Below the pieces are notes generated by a model that did no database searches, had not been told where the DNA came from, and saw only the letters and a list, made by a program, of their open reading frames with translations. Shown one piece after another: positions 12,069 through 25,289 of a stretch of 64,000 bases of DNA. The stretch spans positions 12,447-76,446 of the forward strand of contig CAWELB010000001.1 of NCBI GenBank assembly GCA_963809805.1. Reading direction: 5' to 3'. Both the position numbers and the translations under genes were made by a program. Source of the stretch: an uncultured Chloroflexia bacterium. Its GTDB lineage: Bacteria > Chloroflexota > Anaerolineae > Anaerolineales > UBA4823. Numbering within the stretch: the stretch's first letter is position 1; each line of letters opens with the position of its first letter.

Positions 12069-12442
12069 TGTTCGTGGTGGAGCGGACCGGCGTGAGCGCT
12101 GGCCCCTGCGCTGGAGATGGCGTCCACACCGTGGCAGCGCGTCAGGGGCCTGCTCGGCCGCTCGGCCCTGTCGGCGGACGGCGGATTGCTGATTCGGCCG
12201 TGTCGCGCCGTGCACACGTGGTTCATGCGGTTCTCGATCGACGTCGTGTTCGTTGACCGCAATCGGCCGGGTCGTTCGGGTCGTGCCACCGCCTTGCGCC
12301 GTTTCGGACGGCATCCGGCGGCTGGAAGGCGCATGCGGTAATCGAGTTGCCGGCGGGACGCGCGGCGGCGTCCGGCCTGGTGGAGGGGGATCGTTTGCAC
12401 GTCGCACCGGAGGCCGCACCCGATCGCGCAGGGATCCGCTGA
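12068..12442 (+). CDS. DUF192-domain protein, frameshifted
   Basis: TPWQRVRGLLGRSALSADGGLLIRPCRAVHTWFMRFSIDVVFVD ... AVIELPAG resembles DUF192, a family I recall being common in Tad loci. It has TGATG overlaps at both ends. Confidence 0.55.
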
Positions 12443-14814
12443 TGTCAGTCCAGCTGATCTTCCGCTCACCTGAAGGCGAACGGATCGTCGTCCTCGATCG
12501 GCCGCTGGTCGTCGGGCGGGATGCGGCCTGCGACGTGCCGATCGCGACGGTCCGATTGTCGCGGCGCCATGCCGAGTTCGAGGCCGGGCCGGAGGGCGTC
12601 AAGGTTCGCGATCTCGGCAGCAAGAACGGCGATCCTGGTGAACGGCGTCGCCGGTCGAGGAAGCGCGTGCTGAAGCCGGGCGACCGCGTGCTGCTCGGCG
12701 ACGTCAGCGTGAGCGTGGAGCGCCCGGGAGGCCCCGCCGCGCCGCGCGTGGCGCAGCCAGGCGCCGGCCGGCGCGCGCGACGGCGCGCGGTCCCGGTCCC
12801 CGCCGCGCCGCGCGACCTCGACAGGACCGCACGATCTGCCCGCGGGCGAGGCGCGCCTGCGGCCCCGGCGCCCGCGCCGGCCGGCGCCTGCCCGGCGGCG
12901 GCGGCGCGGAGCGAACGGCGAGCCAGGCGTCGGCCTGCGCGTGCAGGTGCTGTGCGTGGGCGCGGCCGGCGGGTGGCCGTTGACGTACGCCGTCGAGCGT
13001 CTGGCCCGCCATCGGTTGCCGCGGGCGTGACCGCGGCGCGCGGAGAACGACCGACGCGTGCGACGACGGTCGTGCGCCTGCTGCGCGGCCGACAACCGGA
13101 CGCCGCTCGCCTCGGGCCAGCAGCTGGCCGTCGGCGTCGCGTCGGCGATGGAGCGAGCCGGGGGTTCGCGCCGCGATGATCCTCGGCGCCGGAAGGCCGG
13201 GTGCTGGCGCCCGCCGGAGCGGCTCGATACGACGGTGGCTACGCTGGCGGCTTGGGTGCGGTGACGTCGATCCGGGACGTCGACGGCGGCGCATGTCGGC
13301 GGACAGGTGCAGGCGCGGCCGTCGCGATCGGTCGCGGGAGCCAGCGGCTGGGCGGTGGCCTGGGTGGCGTTCGATCCGGCGCTACGCCGGCCGGACAGAT
13401 CCGGCGGCCGCTTCTGCTCGTGCGACCTGGCCAGCGTGGCGGCAGCGCTCGCCATCGGGCTGGTCGCCTCCGCGCTGAGCTGGCGCATGCTCGTCTCACG
13501 CCTGTCCGCCTTTGCCGAGGATCTCGATCTGAGGGTGGCGGGGCGCCAGATTCGCTGACCGAGCGGTACGGGATCCCCGTGCTCGGGCGTCCCATCGAAG
13601 CGATCAACTTCCTCGTGCGATCGGCGCCCGCCCCTGCCGCCGGCGGTCGAGATCCGCGCCGCTCGGACGCGAGCCCCGGGTTGCCGATCCGCGCGCCCGG
13701 GGGCGCCCTCGGCCGGGCGGACGGTGACGCTCGACGGGTCGTTCGTCGTGCGGGCGGTCGATGCCGGGCGCGGCCGCTCTGCTCGGCGCCTCCCCGGACG
13801 CGCTCGTCGGCCGTCACGTGCTCGAGGCAGGCCAATCGGATGCTGCGTCGACGCGATCATCGATTGCCTGGGCGAGCTGGCGTCGGCCGCGTCGGCGTCG
13901 CGGGACGGCGCGGGCCCCGTGCGCCCGCGTCGACCGTCGAGTCGCGCGTCGCCGGGCGGCCCGATCACGCTCACGCTGGACGCCGAGGCGAGGGATGAGA
14001 TGGCCACGCTGGTGTGGCGCAGGCGCGTCGGGAGCCGAGCAGACGTTCTCGGTCGGCGGCGCGAAGTGTACGATCGGACGCGACCCGCCAGTGCCGTCCG
14101 GCTCGACTCGGCCTATGTGTCCAAGCGCCACGCCGTGATTCGCGCGAGCGGCGGCGGTTTCACGATCGCCGATCTGGGCAGTTCGAACGGCACGCGGGTC
14201 AATGGCGCGCCCGATCACGACTGCCGCCGCTGACGCGGCGGCGACGTCATCGAGTTGGGCGCCGAGACGCTGGTGTTCCGCGCTGACGTGCGAGTCCCCG
14301 CGACGGCAGCCGGATCGCGCCGCCCGCTGATGATGGCCGGGGGCATCGCCGTCATCGTGATCGGCGCTGCCGTCGTGGTGCTCCTGATGCTGGGCCGCGC
14401 GCCTCAACGGCCGCAGGCCGGCGCGGGCTCGGTGCCGGCGGACCGGACAGACCTCGCCGCCACGCGAGCCCGAGGTGGCGCGGGGCTCCGGCGCGCCCGC
14501 GGCGCAACCTGAGGTGGGCCGGCCGGCGGCGGACACGCCGGAAGCCGGGAAGCCGGCGGAGAGTGCGGACGCCGGCGCCCTGTACGATCATGGCGCTGGC
14601 GCACATCCGGGGGGACGCCTGCGGGAGGCCGGGCGGCTGCTGCAGCAGGCGGGCGCGCTCGATCCGGCGAACCCCTCGATCGCGGGAGCGGCAGCGGGAG
14701 GTCGACGCGGCGATCCAGCGCGAGATCGATCGCCGTCTGGCCGAGGGACAGCGGGCGTTCACGTATCTGCGGTTCGAGGACGCAATCATCGAGTGGGAAC
14801 AGGTGGCGGCATGA
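12442..14814 (+). CDS. one or two FHA-domain proteins (FHA ... TM ... PAS-like? ... FHA-TM-TPR); internal architecture unresolved
   Basis: First FHA: LVVGRDAACDVPIATVRLSRRHAEFEAGPEGVKVRDLGSKNG..GDRVLLGDVSV. Second FHA (~14,040-14,290): CTIGRD..VRLDSAYVSKRHAVIRASGGGFTIADLGSSNGTRVNG..GDVIELGAETLVF. A TM MMAGGIAVIVIGAAVVVLLML and a TPR-like tail follow. Many frameshifts and Arg/Ala-rich stretches lie between. Confidence 0.45.
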
Positions 14815-14886
14815 CTGACGCGGCCGACCCGCGCCGCCAGCAGGCCGCGACGGGATTGAGCGGGCGCGTGCGCGCCTGGCAGAGCG

Positions 14887-16729
14887 ATGACCGACCAGGA
14901 ACTCGACGATCGGCTCGCCGAACTGCTCGTCGGCTACAAGACCGCTGACCCCGGCGCTCGTCGACCGCGCGCGCGAGATCCAGCGCAGCCGCGGGGCGTC
15001 ACGCTGGCGCGGGCGCTCGTCGAGCTGCAGCCTGGTGCGCCCCGGAACTGATCGGGCCGCTGCTCGAGGAACTCACCGGCGTCCGGGCGGTCGATCCCTC
15101 GCTGATGACGGTGTACCCGGACTTCGTCGAGACGATGACGACGCTGATCCCGCCGGACGTCATCGGCGCGCTGTTCGTCTTCCCGGTGCAGACCGAGCTG
15201 AACACGCTGCACGTGTGCATGCTGAACCCGACCGACGGCTGGACGCGTCGCCGCGCTCGAGTCGCTGTCGGGCTGCCGGGTCGCGGCGCATGGTCGCGCA
15301 CGAGGTGCGCCATGACGGCGGCGCTCGAGCAGCACTACGGCGCCTATCTGGACGCGGGCCGCCGCGCGCGGCGACCGACGCCGGAGCAGCCGGGACGCGG
15401 TCGAGCGCTGCCTACCGCGAGCGGCTCGCAGGAGCCGTTCGAGCGGCTGCTCGATCCGGCCGTCTCGCTCATCAACCGCAATCGCGACGCCGATGCTCGC
15501 GAGGCCCGAGGCGCTCGAGGCGCTCATCCGCGAGCCGGCCGTGATCCGGCTCGTCCACCAGATGCTCTGCCGGGCCATCGACGCCGGCGCGAGCGACATC
15601 CACGTCGAACCGCTCGGCCGATCGGCTGCGCGATCCGGGCGCGCGTCGACGGATCGATGCGGACGACGTGGACGCTGCCGGCCGCCGGCCGCCGCTGCCG
15701 GTCGTCGCGCGACTGAAGGCGATGGCCGAGCTGCCGATCGAGCCGTCGCACGCGCCGCTCGACGGGCGCATCAGCTACGACCTGATCTGGGGGCGCGAGG
15801 TCGACTTCCGCTTCTCGCTCGTCCCCTCGGCGACCGGCGAGCGCATCGTGCTCCGCGCGCTCGATCGCGCGCGCGAGCGGCGGAACCTCGACGACCTGGG
15901 CTTCCAGCCCGACGTGCTCGCGATCGGTCAGAGGCGGCGGCCGAGCTGCCGAACGGCATCATCCTGGTCACCGGGCCGACCGGCAGCGGCAAGACGACGA
16001 CGCTCTACGCGCTGCTCGACGCGCTGAACGACGAGGACACGTGCGTGCTCACGGCCGAGGACCCGGTCGAATCGCGGATCGACGGGCACCGGGCAGGTGC
16101 CGTGCGACGAGGCGCACGGCGTCACGTTCGCGACGCGCGCTGCGCAGCTTCCTGCGGCAGGACCCGGACGTGATCATGGTCGGCGAGATCCGGGACGTCG
16201 AGACGGCCGACATCGCGCTGAAGGCGGCGCTCACCGGGCACCTGGTGCTGTCGACGCTGCACACGAACGACGCGCCGGGGGCCATCGTCCGCCTGCTCAA
16301 CATGAACCTCGAGCCGTTCGTCATCGCCTCGGCGCTCCGGCTCGTGCTGGCGCAGCGGCTGATCCGCCGGCTGTGCCCGCGACTGCAAGCGTCCCGACGA
16401 CCGGTGCGGCGGCCCGGCGTGGCGGGCCTCGGGCCGACGGCGACGCATCCTGGCCGACGCGACGCTGTACTGGCCCGGCGGGTGCCCGCGGTGCCTGCAG
16501 TCGGGCTACCGCGGCCGCGATCGCCATCCACGAGGCGCTGGTCGGTCGAGCGGCGCCATCGAAGACCTGATCCTCGCGCGCGGCGCCGCGCGGCGCCGAT
16601 CCGCGTGGCCGCGCGCGCAGGCCGGCATGCGGACGCTGCGCGAGAGCGCGCTGCGCCTGGTCGGCGAGGGCATCACGTCGACTCGACGAGGCCGTCGAGA
16701 ACACCGATGGCGGAGGACGCCGGCCATGA
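14887..16729 (+). CDS. GspE/PilB-family secretion ATPase (second ATPase of the locus), frameshifted
   Basis: N-terminal GspE_N-like domain ([24 protein letters not shown]). [51 protein letters not shown] (Walker A), [32 protein letters not shown], and a Cys-rich CP.C..SGYRGR. Confidence 0.8.
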
Positions 16730-17101
16730 AGGTGCTGCTGGTCGACGACGAACCGAACACGCGCGAGGTCTACGGGCGCCTGCTCGAGCTGGCGGGGCCA
16801 CGAGGTCGTGACGGCCGAGAGCGGCGCGGCCGCGGCGCCGAGGCCATCGAGACACCGCGGTTCGACGCGGCCCTCATCGACGTGGTGCTCGGCGGGCCGG
16901 ACGGCTTCGCCGTGCTGAGCACCTGAAGCGGCGGCAGCCCGACGGCCCGCGCCGTCGTGGTCAGCGCCTACGACGTCGCCGACGCCGCCGAGCGGGCCGC
17001 GCGCCTGCGACGCCGACGCCTTCCTGGCGAAGCCGATCCGGTGGACGCGATCCTGCGAGCGATCGTTCCTCGGACCTCCGAGGCAGGCCACCGGGGAGTC
17101 C

Positions 17102-17105
<4 letters not shown>
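16726..17105 (+). CDS. response regulator receiver protein, frameshifted
   Basis: [50 protein letters not shown]. It has ATGA overlaps with the upstream ATPase and the downstream kinase. Confidence 0.65.
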
Positions 17106-18952
<1,847 letters not shown>

Positions 18953-18953
18953 C

Positions 18954-20139
18954 ATGCGTGTCCTTCGGGCGTCGGTGCGCCTCTGCTGCGTGCTCGCGGT
19001 GTGCCCTGGCGCGAGCCGGATGGCCGCAGCGCAGGCGGGGGCTCCGGCGTCGGTGCTGCTGCAGCAGGCGGTCTCTGCCGAGGGCGCCATGCAGCTGGAC
19101 GTTGCGCTCGATCGGCCGTATGCGCTCCAGATGGACCGCCCGCGGACGCCGGAGGCGCAGGGCGGCCGCCTGCGGCTGGCCCGCCTGCTGGCACTCGCCG
19201 GAGATCTGCCGGCGGCGCTCCTGCAGTGCCAGGCGCTGCGCGACGGACTTCCGGCGGATCGGCCGGAGCGGCAGCGGGCGCTGGAGTTCGCGACCCTCGT
19301 GGCACGCCGGCTGCTCGACCGGACGCGCGCGCCGGCCGCGCCCATCCTCGAGGCTCTTCCGCTGCGCGGGCTCGCCGAGTTCGACGAACCCGCCGCCGTC
19401 CTGTTGGAGCGATCGGGCGCATGGCTGGTCGCCGATCAGGGCCGGAACCGGCTGGTACCGGGTGACGGCCGACGCCGTGACGCCGGTGACCGCGGGACAG
19501 GAGCCGCAGGCGGCGGCCGAGTTGCCCGACGGCACCCTGATCGTGGGCGGCAGGACCGGGCTGGTCGCGGCACAGGGCGCGGTCACCGCTTCCCCAGTCG
19601 GGGACGTGGGGCGGCCGGCCGCATCCGCTGAGGAGGTCCCGGTCGCTGGCGGCCAATTCGCGAGGCGACCTGTTCGTCGTCGACCGCGACTACGACGGGC
19701 TGCTGCGGTGCGCCGCCGGGGCGCGCGACGTGCGCGCCGTGGGGGCCGCCGGGCCGGCTTCGAACCGTGAAGGTCGGGCCGTCCGACTTCGTGTGGACGC
19801 TCGACGAGCGGCAGGTCGTCCGCGCGTTCGATGACCGCGGGAAGCTGCTGGCGACGATTGGCCCGGTGGTCAACAACGTCAAGCTGGAGCGGGTCGTGGA
19901 CATCGCCGTCGATGCCGCCTACGGCGTGTACCTGCTCGATGCGGAACTCCGGCGGATCGACGTGGTGGCGCTGAGCGTCGCGGCCGACGGCCGGATCGGC
20001 GCCGAGGCGGTGCGGACGATGGCCATTCCCGCCGAGGGCGACCGCGCCCTCAGGAACCCGTCGGCGCTGGCGGTCACGGCCTCCGGGACGCGTGGTCGTG
20101 GCCGGGCGGTCGAGTCCCAGGCTGCTGAGGGTGCAGTGA
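18954..20139 (+). CDS. secreted hypothetical protein (possible TPR-like N-terminus and NHL-type beta-propeller repeats), frameshifted
   Basis: Signal peptide MRVLRASVRLCCVLAVCPGASRMAAAQA. Later segments VVRAFDDRGKLLATIG, VVDIAVDAAYGVYLLDAELRRIDVV and NPSALAVTASG look like NHL repeats. The function is a guess. Confidence 0.35.
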
Positions 20140-22436
20140 TGCGCGGCGATACTTCTTCGCACGGCGCTGCTGTGGCTGGCGGTGCCGCAATCTGCCGGGT
20201 TGGAGCAGGCGCCCGCCGCGCTCGGTGACGGCGGCGCAGCCGGTCCCGGTTCGCCAGGATCTCGGCAGCAGTGCTGAGCGCGGCGCTGGACGCCGCGCGG
20301 CGGCAGATGGACACCGATTTGCCGTCGGCGGTCACGGCCCTGGATCGGCTGGCCGTGCAGTCGATCGAACTGCGCCGGACGCGCGCTGCTGACCGATCTC
20401 GAGCGTCCGATCCACCGGGACCTGTTCCTGCTGCGCGCCAACGGGCACCTGCAGTTGCTGAACAACGACAGGGTCGAGGAGAGCTTCCGCGAGGTGCTGC
20501 GGATCGACCCGTTCTTCACGGGGCAGCTGGCGCCGCGCGAGCAGGAACTGATGGACGCGCTGCGGGCGCGCGAGGGCGGCGTGCTCGAGATCGCGAGCCC
20601 GGAACGTCGGCGAAGATCGTGGTGAACGGCGTGCCGGCCGGTCTGACCGGCGAGCGCCCGACGCGCCTGCCGCTGCTCGCGGGCGAGTACGAGGTCCGGC
20701 TGGAGAAGGAGGGGTTCCAGGCGGGCGTGGCGCGCGTCACGATCTCCGGCGGGCCAGACGGTGACGGTGCGCGATCTGGCGCCCATGCGCCGGGTGCCCC
20801 CGGTGGTGCTGCTGGCCGATCGGGAGGACGTCGAGCTCACGGTCGACAGCGCCGCACCGGCGCGCATGGCGAGATTGCAGGTCCTGCGGAACCAGCTGAC
20901 GGCCGCCGAGGCGGCCGCGGTGGATCAGGCCGTCGACGTCGCGAAGCTCGACGCGGCGTCGGCCACCGGCTATCCTGCTGCGGGATCCGCCGGTCGACCG
21001 CCCGATCGTCGTCCGCTTCCGCCGCGAGTGCTTCGTCGAAACGGTGCGCACGATTGCGGTCACCAGCGACGCGCTGGCGCGGCTGGGTCCCGAGCAGGCC
21101 GTCCTCTGGTTCGGCGACGCCAGCGTCGTGCGGCTCCAGCCGGACGTCGGCACGTTGCGGGTCTCATCGACGCCGTCGGACGCGGACGTGTTCGTCGACG
21201 GCCAGTTGCTCGGGCGCACGCCGTTCGAGCGCGGCGTCTGCTCGGGGCAGCACCGGGTGCGCGTGCGGCATCGCATCGGCGCGTTCCAGGCGGTCGCCAC
21301 CGTCGTGCGGGGCCGGACCGAGTCGGTCGATGCGGCGCTGAAGCCCAGCGTGGCGATGGTCGGCGCCGTCGACACGGCGCAGGGCAGCCTGCGGGCTCTG
21401 CCGGAGCTGGCGGCCCAGATCGATCGGATGCTGCCGTCGGTGGTCACGACCTATCGCGCGGCCGCGCGGGTCGAGCTGCCGCCGGAGATTCCGCGCTGGA
21501 CGGATCAGTCGGCCGTCGATCTGGTCGCGGCGGCGGATGTGAGGGACAGCGCGGCCGTCGTCGCGGCTGCTGCGGCTCGCCAACGAGAACTTCGATGCGC
21601 CGCTGCGTTCTGGCGCGGTGCGGCGGGCGGGGACGGCCGGGAGCGAGGCGCCGGTCGATCTGCTGCTGTTCTGGAGCGATCACGCCGGCGCCCGATCGGA
21701 TCCGGTGGGTGGCGGGCCAGGACGACCTGAAGGCGATCTCGCGCGACTGGACGTGCCGTCCGACGCCACGGAACTCGTGTATCAGAACTACGTGGGCGTT
21801 CGCGTCGTCGACACGGCCTGCTCGGGGGCGCTCGTTGCTGGTCGTCCGGGTCGATGCCGGGCTCGCCGGCGGAGATGGCCGGGCCTGAAGGGCGGGCGAG
21901 GTCGTCGAGGCGGTGGACGGAGCGTGGCCACCGCGGCGCAGTTCGACGATCGGGTGCGCCAGAGAGCGCCCCGGCGAGCTGGTGGCGCTGCGGGTCGTCA
22001 GCGCGGGTCGGCGCCGCGCGTGGTCAATCGTGCCCGTGCAGCGGCGGCGCGCCGTGCGCCGGTGCTCGATCCGACCTATACGGCAACACGCTCATCGCGA
22101 AGCTGACGGTCGGCGGCCATCCTTGCGCCCGCCGGCGCCGATCGGGACCTGTTGGGTTCAATCTGGCGCTCGCGTACATGCGGTTCGGTGACTTACCGTC
22201 AGGCGCTCGATCAGTTGAATGCCGTCGGCAGCGTGGTCGACGGGACACGGGCGTGGGGAAGGGCGCCGTCCTGTTCTTCAGGGCGCGGTGCCTGGAGGGC
22301 ATGGGTGAGCGCGAACAAGGCGGTTGCGCTCTACAAGGAGGTCTCCGGGCTCGGCGATCAGCCGCTGACCGACGATGGAACCGGCGCGGCAACCGTGGCC
22401 CGGCGGCGCCTGGCGGCGCTCGCGCAGACCCCGTGA
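20139..22436 (+). CDS. secreted multi-domain protein with PEGA repeats, a PDZ domain and a TPR-like C-terminus; frameshifted
   Basis: The signal-like start overlaps the previous stop (TGATG). PEGA-like: KIVVNGVPAGLTGERPTRLPLLAGEYEVRLEKEGFQ and LRVSSTPSDADVFVDGQLLGRTPFERGVCSGQHRVRVRH. PDZ-like: VRVDAGSPAEMAG..GDVVEAVDG. Tail: LALAYMRFGD..AVALYKEV. Confidence 0.5.
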
Positions 22437-22447
22437 GTCCACCGGTT

Positions 22448-22456
22448 TGCTATAAT
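22448..22456 (+). promoter_or_regulatory. candidate extended -10 promoter element (TGcTATAAT) upstream of acyP-apt
   Basis: TGCTATAAT sits in an AT-richer spacer 26 nt upstream of ATG 22482. No good -35 was seen. Confidence 0.25.
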
Positions 22457-22481
22457 CCGCGGCGCTGTTGATGGCCAGTCG

Positions 22482-22756
22482 ATGCTCGTTTCACGTCGCT
22501 ATCTGCTCAGGGGACGGGTGCAGCGCGTCGGCTTCCGTCTACTATCGTTCAGGATGCGGCGCACCGTGAGGGGGTGCGCGGCCTGGTCCGCAACCTGCCG
22601 GACGGCCGTGTCGAAGTGATCGCCGAGGGGGACGCGGAAGCCGTGTTCCACTTCGAGTTGTCGGTGCGACACGGACCTGCCGGCGCCCGCGTGGACGACG
22701 TGGAGACGGAGTTCCTCGGAGCCGAGTGGTCGATTCATCGGATTCTCGGTGACTAG
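22482..22756 (+). CDS. acyP: acylphosphatase, one frameshift near 22,540
   Basis: LLRGRVQRVGFR then a shifted frame REGVRGLVRNLPDGRVEVIAEGDAEAV..F..L..GPAGARVDDV, which is the classic acylphosphatase pattern. Confidence 0.7.
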
Positions 22757-22769
22757 ATAGGCAGGCGGC

Positions 22770-23312
22770 ATGGACGCAGCGCTCAAGGAGACCATGGAAG
22801 CGCTGAAGGCGAAGATTCGTCACGTGCCGGACTTTCCGAAGGCCGGCATCCTGTTCTACGACATCACGACGCTGCTGCGGGACCGCGAAGGGTTCAAGTC
22901 GGTCGTGGACGCGCTGATACGGCCCTTCGAAGGGAAATCGATCGACGTCGTCGTCGGCATCGAAAGCCGGGGGTTCATCCTGGGCGGCGCCGTGGCGGAT
23001 CGGCTGGGCGCCGGCTTCGCGCCGGTGCGGAAGCCGGGAAAGCTGCCGTCGCAGACCGTGCGCGAGACCTACGCAGCTCGAGTACGGCGTCGACAGCCTG
23101 GAGATTCACGCCGACGGCGTCGAGCCGTGGCCAGCGCGTTCTGATCGTGGACGATCTGCTCGCGACGGGCGGGACGGCGAACGCGACCGCCAAGCCTTGT
23201 CCGGCGCATCGGCGGGGACGTACAGGGGCTGGCGTTCCTCATCGAACTGACCGCGCTGAACGGCCGCTCGCGTCTGCCGAACGAGCGGATCCACAGCGTG
23301 CTCCAGTACTAG
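22770..23312 (+). CDS. apt: adenine phosphoribosyltransferase, three +1 frame shifts (~23,076, ~23,128, ~23,196)
   Basis: [90 protein letters not shown]. The start and stop are in the same frame once the three extra bases are removed. Confidence 0.85.
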
Positions 23313-23451
23313 CCGCCGTGAACCCTGCGCGATTCACCGTCGGGCGCATGGCACTGCCGTGCAGGGGCATCGCGCCTGCCATGTGCGGGCCGACGCGATT
23401 CGGGATCGGCAGACGACTTGGCTGGGCGGCGAGGTATAATGCGGCGTTTTG

Positions 23452-23528
23452 GCGCCCGTAGCTCAGCAGGACAGAGCACCGGTTTCCTAAACCGGGGGTC
23501 GCAGGTTCGAGACCTGCCGGGCGCGCCA
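23452..23528 (+). tRNA. tRNA-Arg (anticodon CCT), CCA encoded
   Basis: Manual fold: acceptor GCGCCCG/CGGGCGC, D stem GCTC/GAGC, anticodon stem CCGGT/ACCGG with loop TTCCTAA, variable GGGTC, T stem GCAGG/CCTGC with loop TTCGAGA, discriminator G, then CCA. A TATAAT at 23435-23440 lies upstream. Confidence 0.9.
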
Positions 23529-23601
23529 TTCCGCAGCGAGGAATCGATGCCGGCAGGCGCCGACATGGACGGCGTGCGTGCGGGCTGCCAGACGCGAAAC
23601 C

Positions 23602-24366
23602 ATGAAACGTTCTGAACGACACCAGTTGAAGGAAAACGAGCTGTCGGAGACGCTCCGGCACACGCTCGAGGGGTTGTCGCAGTACGGGCGCGGGCTGCGG
23701 CCGGCGTCATCGCGGTCGTCGTGGTGCTCGCCGTCGCGGGCGGTTACTGGGGCTGGCGATCTCGCACCGAGGCGCGCGCCCGTGGTACTGCTCGCCGCGG
23801 CGCTGACGATTGCCGAGGCACCCGTCAGGCCCCGCCGGCCCCCGCACCCGGCGCTGCCAAGCGCCGAGCAAGCCGCCCGCGCCCCCGGCGGGCAGTTATC
23901 CGTCGGCTCGCGCGAGGTCTGAGGCGCTGTTGCCGAAAGTGATGGAGGTCGCGACCGGCTATCCGTCCACGCGACGCTGGGCTTGCGGCGCGCTACTACG
24001 CGGCCAGCACGCTCGCGGCGCTGGGACGCACCGATGAGGCGATCTGCGCGCTTCCAGGAGGTCATCGACCGCGGCGGGCCGGACAGCTTCTACGGCCAGA
24101 TGGCGCAGCTCGGGATGATCGATGCCGAGATCGGGGCCGCCCGCTACGACCGCGCGATTGCCGCCTGCCAGGAGCTGGTCAACCGGAAGGACGAGCAGCT
24201 TGCCGCTCGACGCGGCTGCTCCAGCAGCTCGGGCGCGCTTACGGCGCGGCGGGCAAGGTCGCCGAAGCGACGCAGACATTCAACCGGCTGACGAAGGAGT
24301 TCCCCGCGTCGCCATACTCTGCCGAGGCAAGAGCGCGAGCTCGATCACCTGTCGGCCCCACGCTAG
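23602..24366 (+). CDS. membrane-anchored TPR protein (YfgM-like), frameshifted
   Basis: MKRSERHQLKENELSE is an N-terminus typical of this family as I recall it. A TM VIAVVVVLAVAGGYWGW and TPR-like YGQMAQLGMIDAEIGAARYDRAIAACQELV and FPASPYSAEA follow. Confidence 0.45.
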
Positions 24367-25287
24367 GCGAGTGGCCGCCCGCCGGGCTTCCGGTCGCGAA
24401 CCGGTACGTGAGGATCTTGTAGGCCAGCTTCGCGCAGAGAAAGTTCGGCGCCATCATCCCCGGAATCGGGACACAGCTCCACCAGGTCGCACGCCCACGA
24501 CGTGGCGCGCGGCGATCACGCGTCGGAGCAGCGCCAGCATTTCGTACCACGCCGAGGCCGCCGGGCTCGGGCGTGCCGACCGCCGGCATGATGGCGGGAT
24601 CCATCCCGTCGCAATCGATCGTGATGTAGACCGTCTCGCCGAGGGAATCGACGACGCGGTCGATCCAGTTCCGGTCGTTCCGCATGTTGACGTCGTAGAA
24701 GATCCGTGGTCGGCAGCGACGGCGCCGCTGCGGCCTCCTCGGTGGAGAGGCTGCGGATGCCCACCTGCGTGCAGCGGCGCGAACTCCAGCACGCGGCGCA
24801 TCGCGCACGCGTGATTGAAGCGCGTGCCCATGTAGCTGTCGCGCAGGTCGGCGTGGGCGTCGATCTGCAGCACCGACAAGTCCCGGGTGGCGCTCGGCCA
24901 GCGCGCTCGACGACCGGGGACGTGATCGAGTGCTCGCCGCCCAGCACGAACGGAAACTTGTCCGCGCTGCGATCAGCGCCGCGCGACCCGGCGGATCTCG
25001 GCCAGCAGCGTCCGCCATGTCGCCGAACGGCAGCTCCATCTCCGGCAGCGTGAAGATGCCGACGCCGTGGACGTCGGTGTTCAGCTCCTCGTCCCACAGC
25101 TCCATGTGGGACGGAGGCGAGCAGAATCTCGCGAGGACCGTTGCGCGTGCCGGACCCGTACGACGTCGTGCGGTCCAGCGGAACCGGCAGGATGACGGCG
25201 CGGCGACGCCTCGAAGCTGCGCGGCTCCGGAATCGTGCCGCCGAAGGCCAGCGGTTCGCCGTATTCGTACCGAGGCGGCAGGGTCAT
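24363..25287 (-). CDS. speB: agmatinase/ureohydrolase family protein, frameshifted
   Basis: [74 protein letters not shown]. These are arginase-fold metal-binding motifs in several frames. Confidence 0.75.
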
Positions 25288-25289
25288 CC

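Noticed and set aside
23452-23528. tRNA-Arg as an integration site of a genomic island
   Set aside because: No integrase was found, no direct repeat of the tRNA 3' end was found by eye in the flanks, and the neighbouring genes are housekeeping with the same composition.
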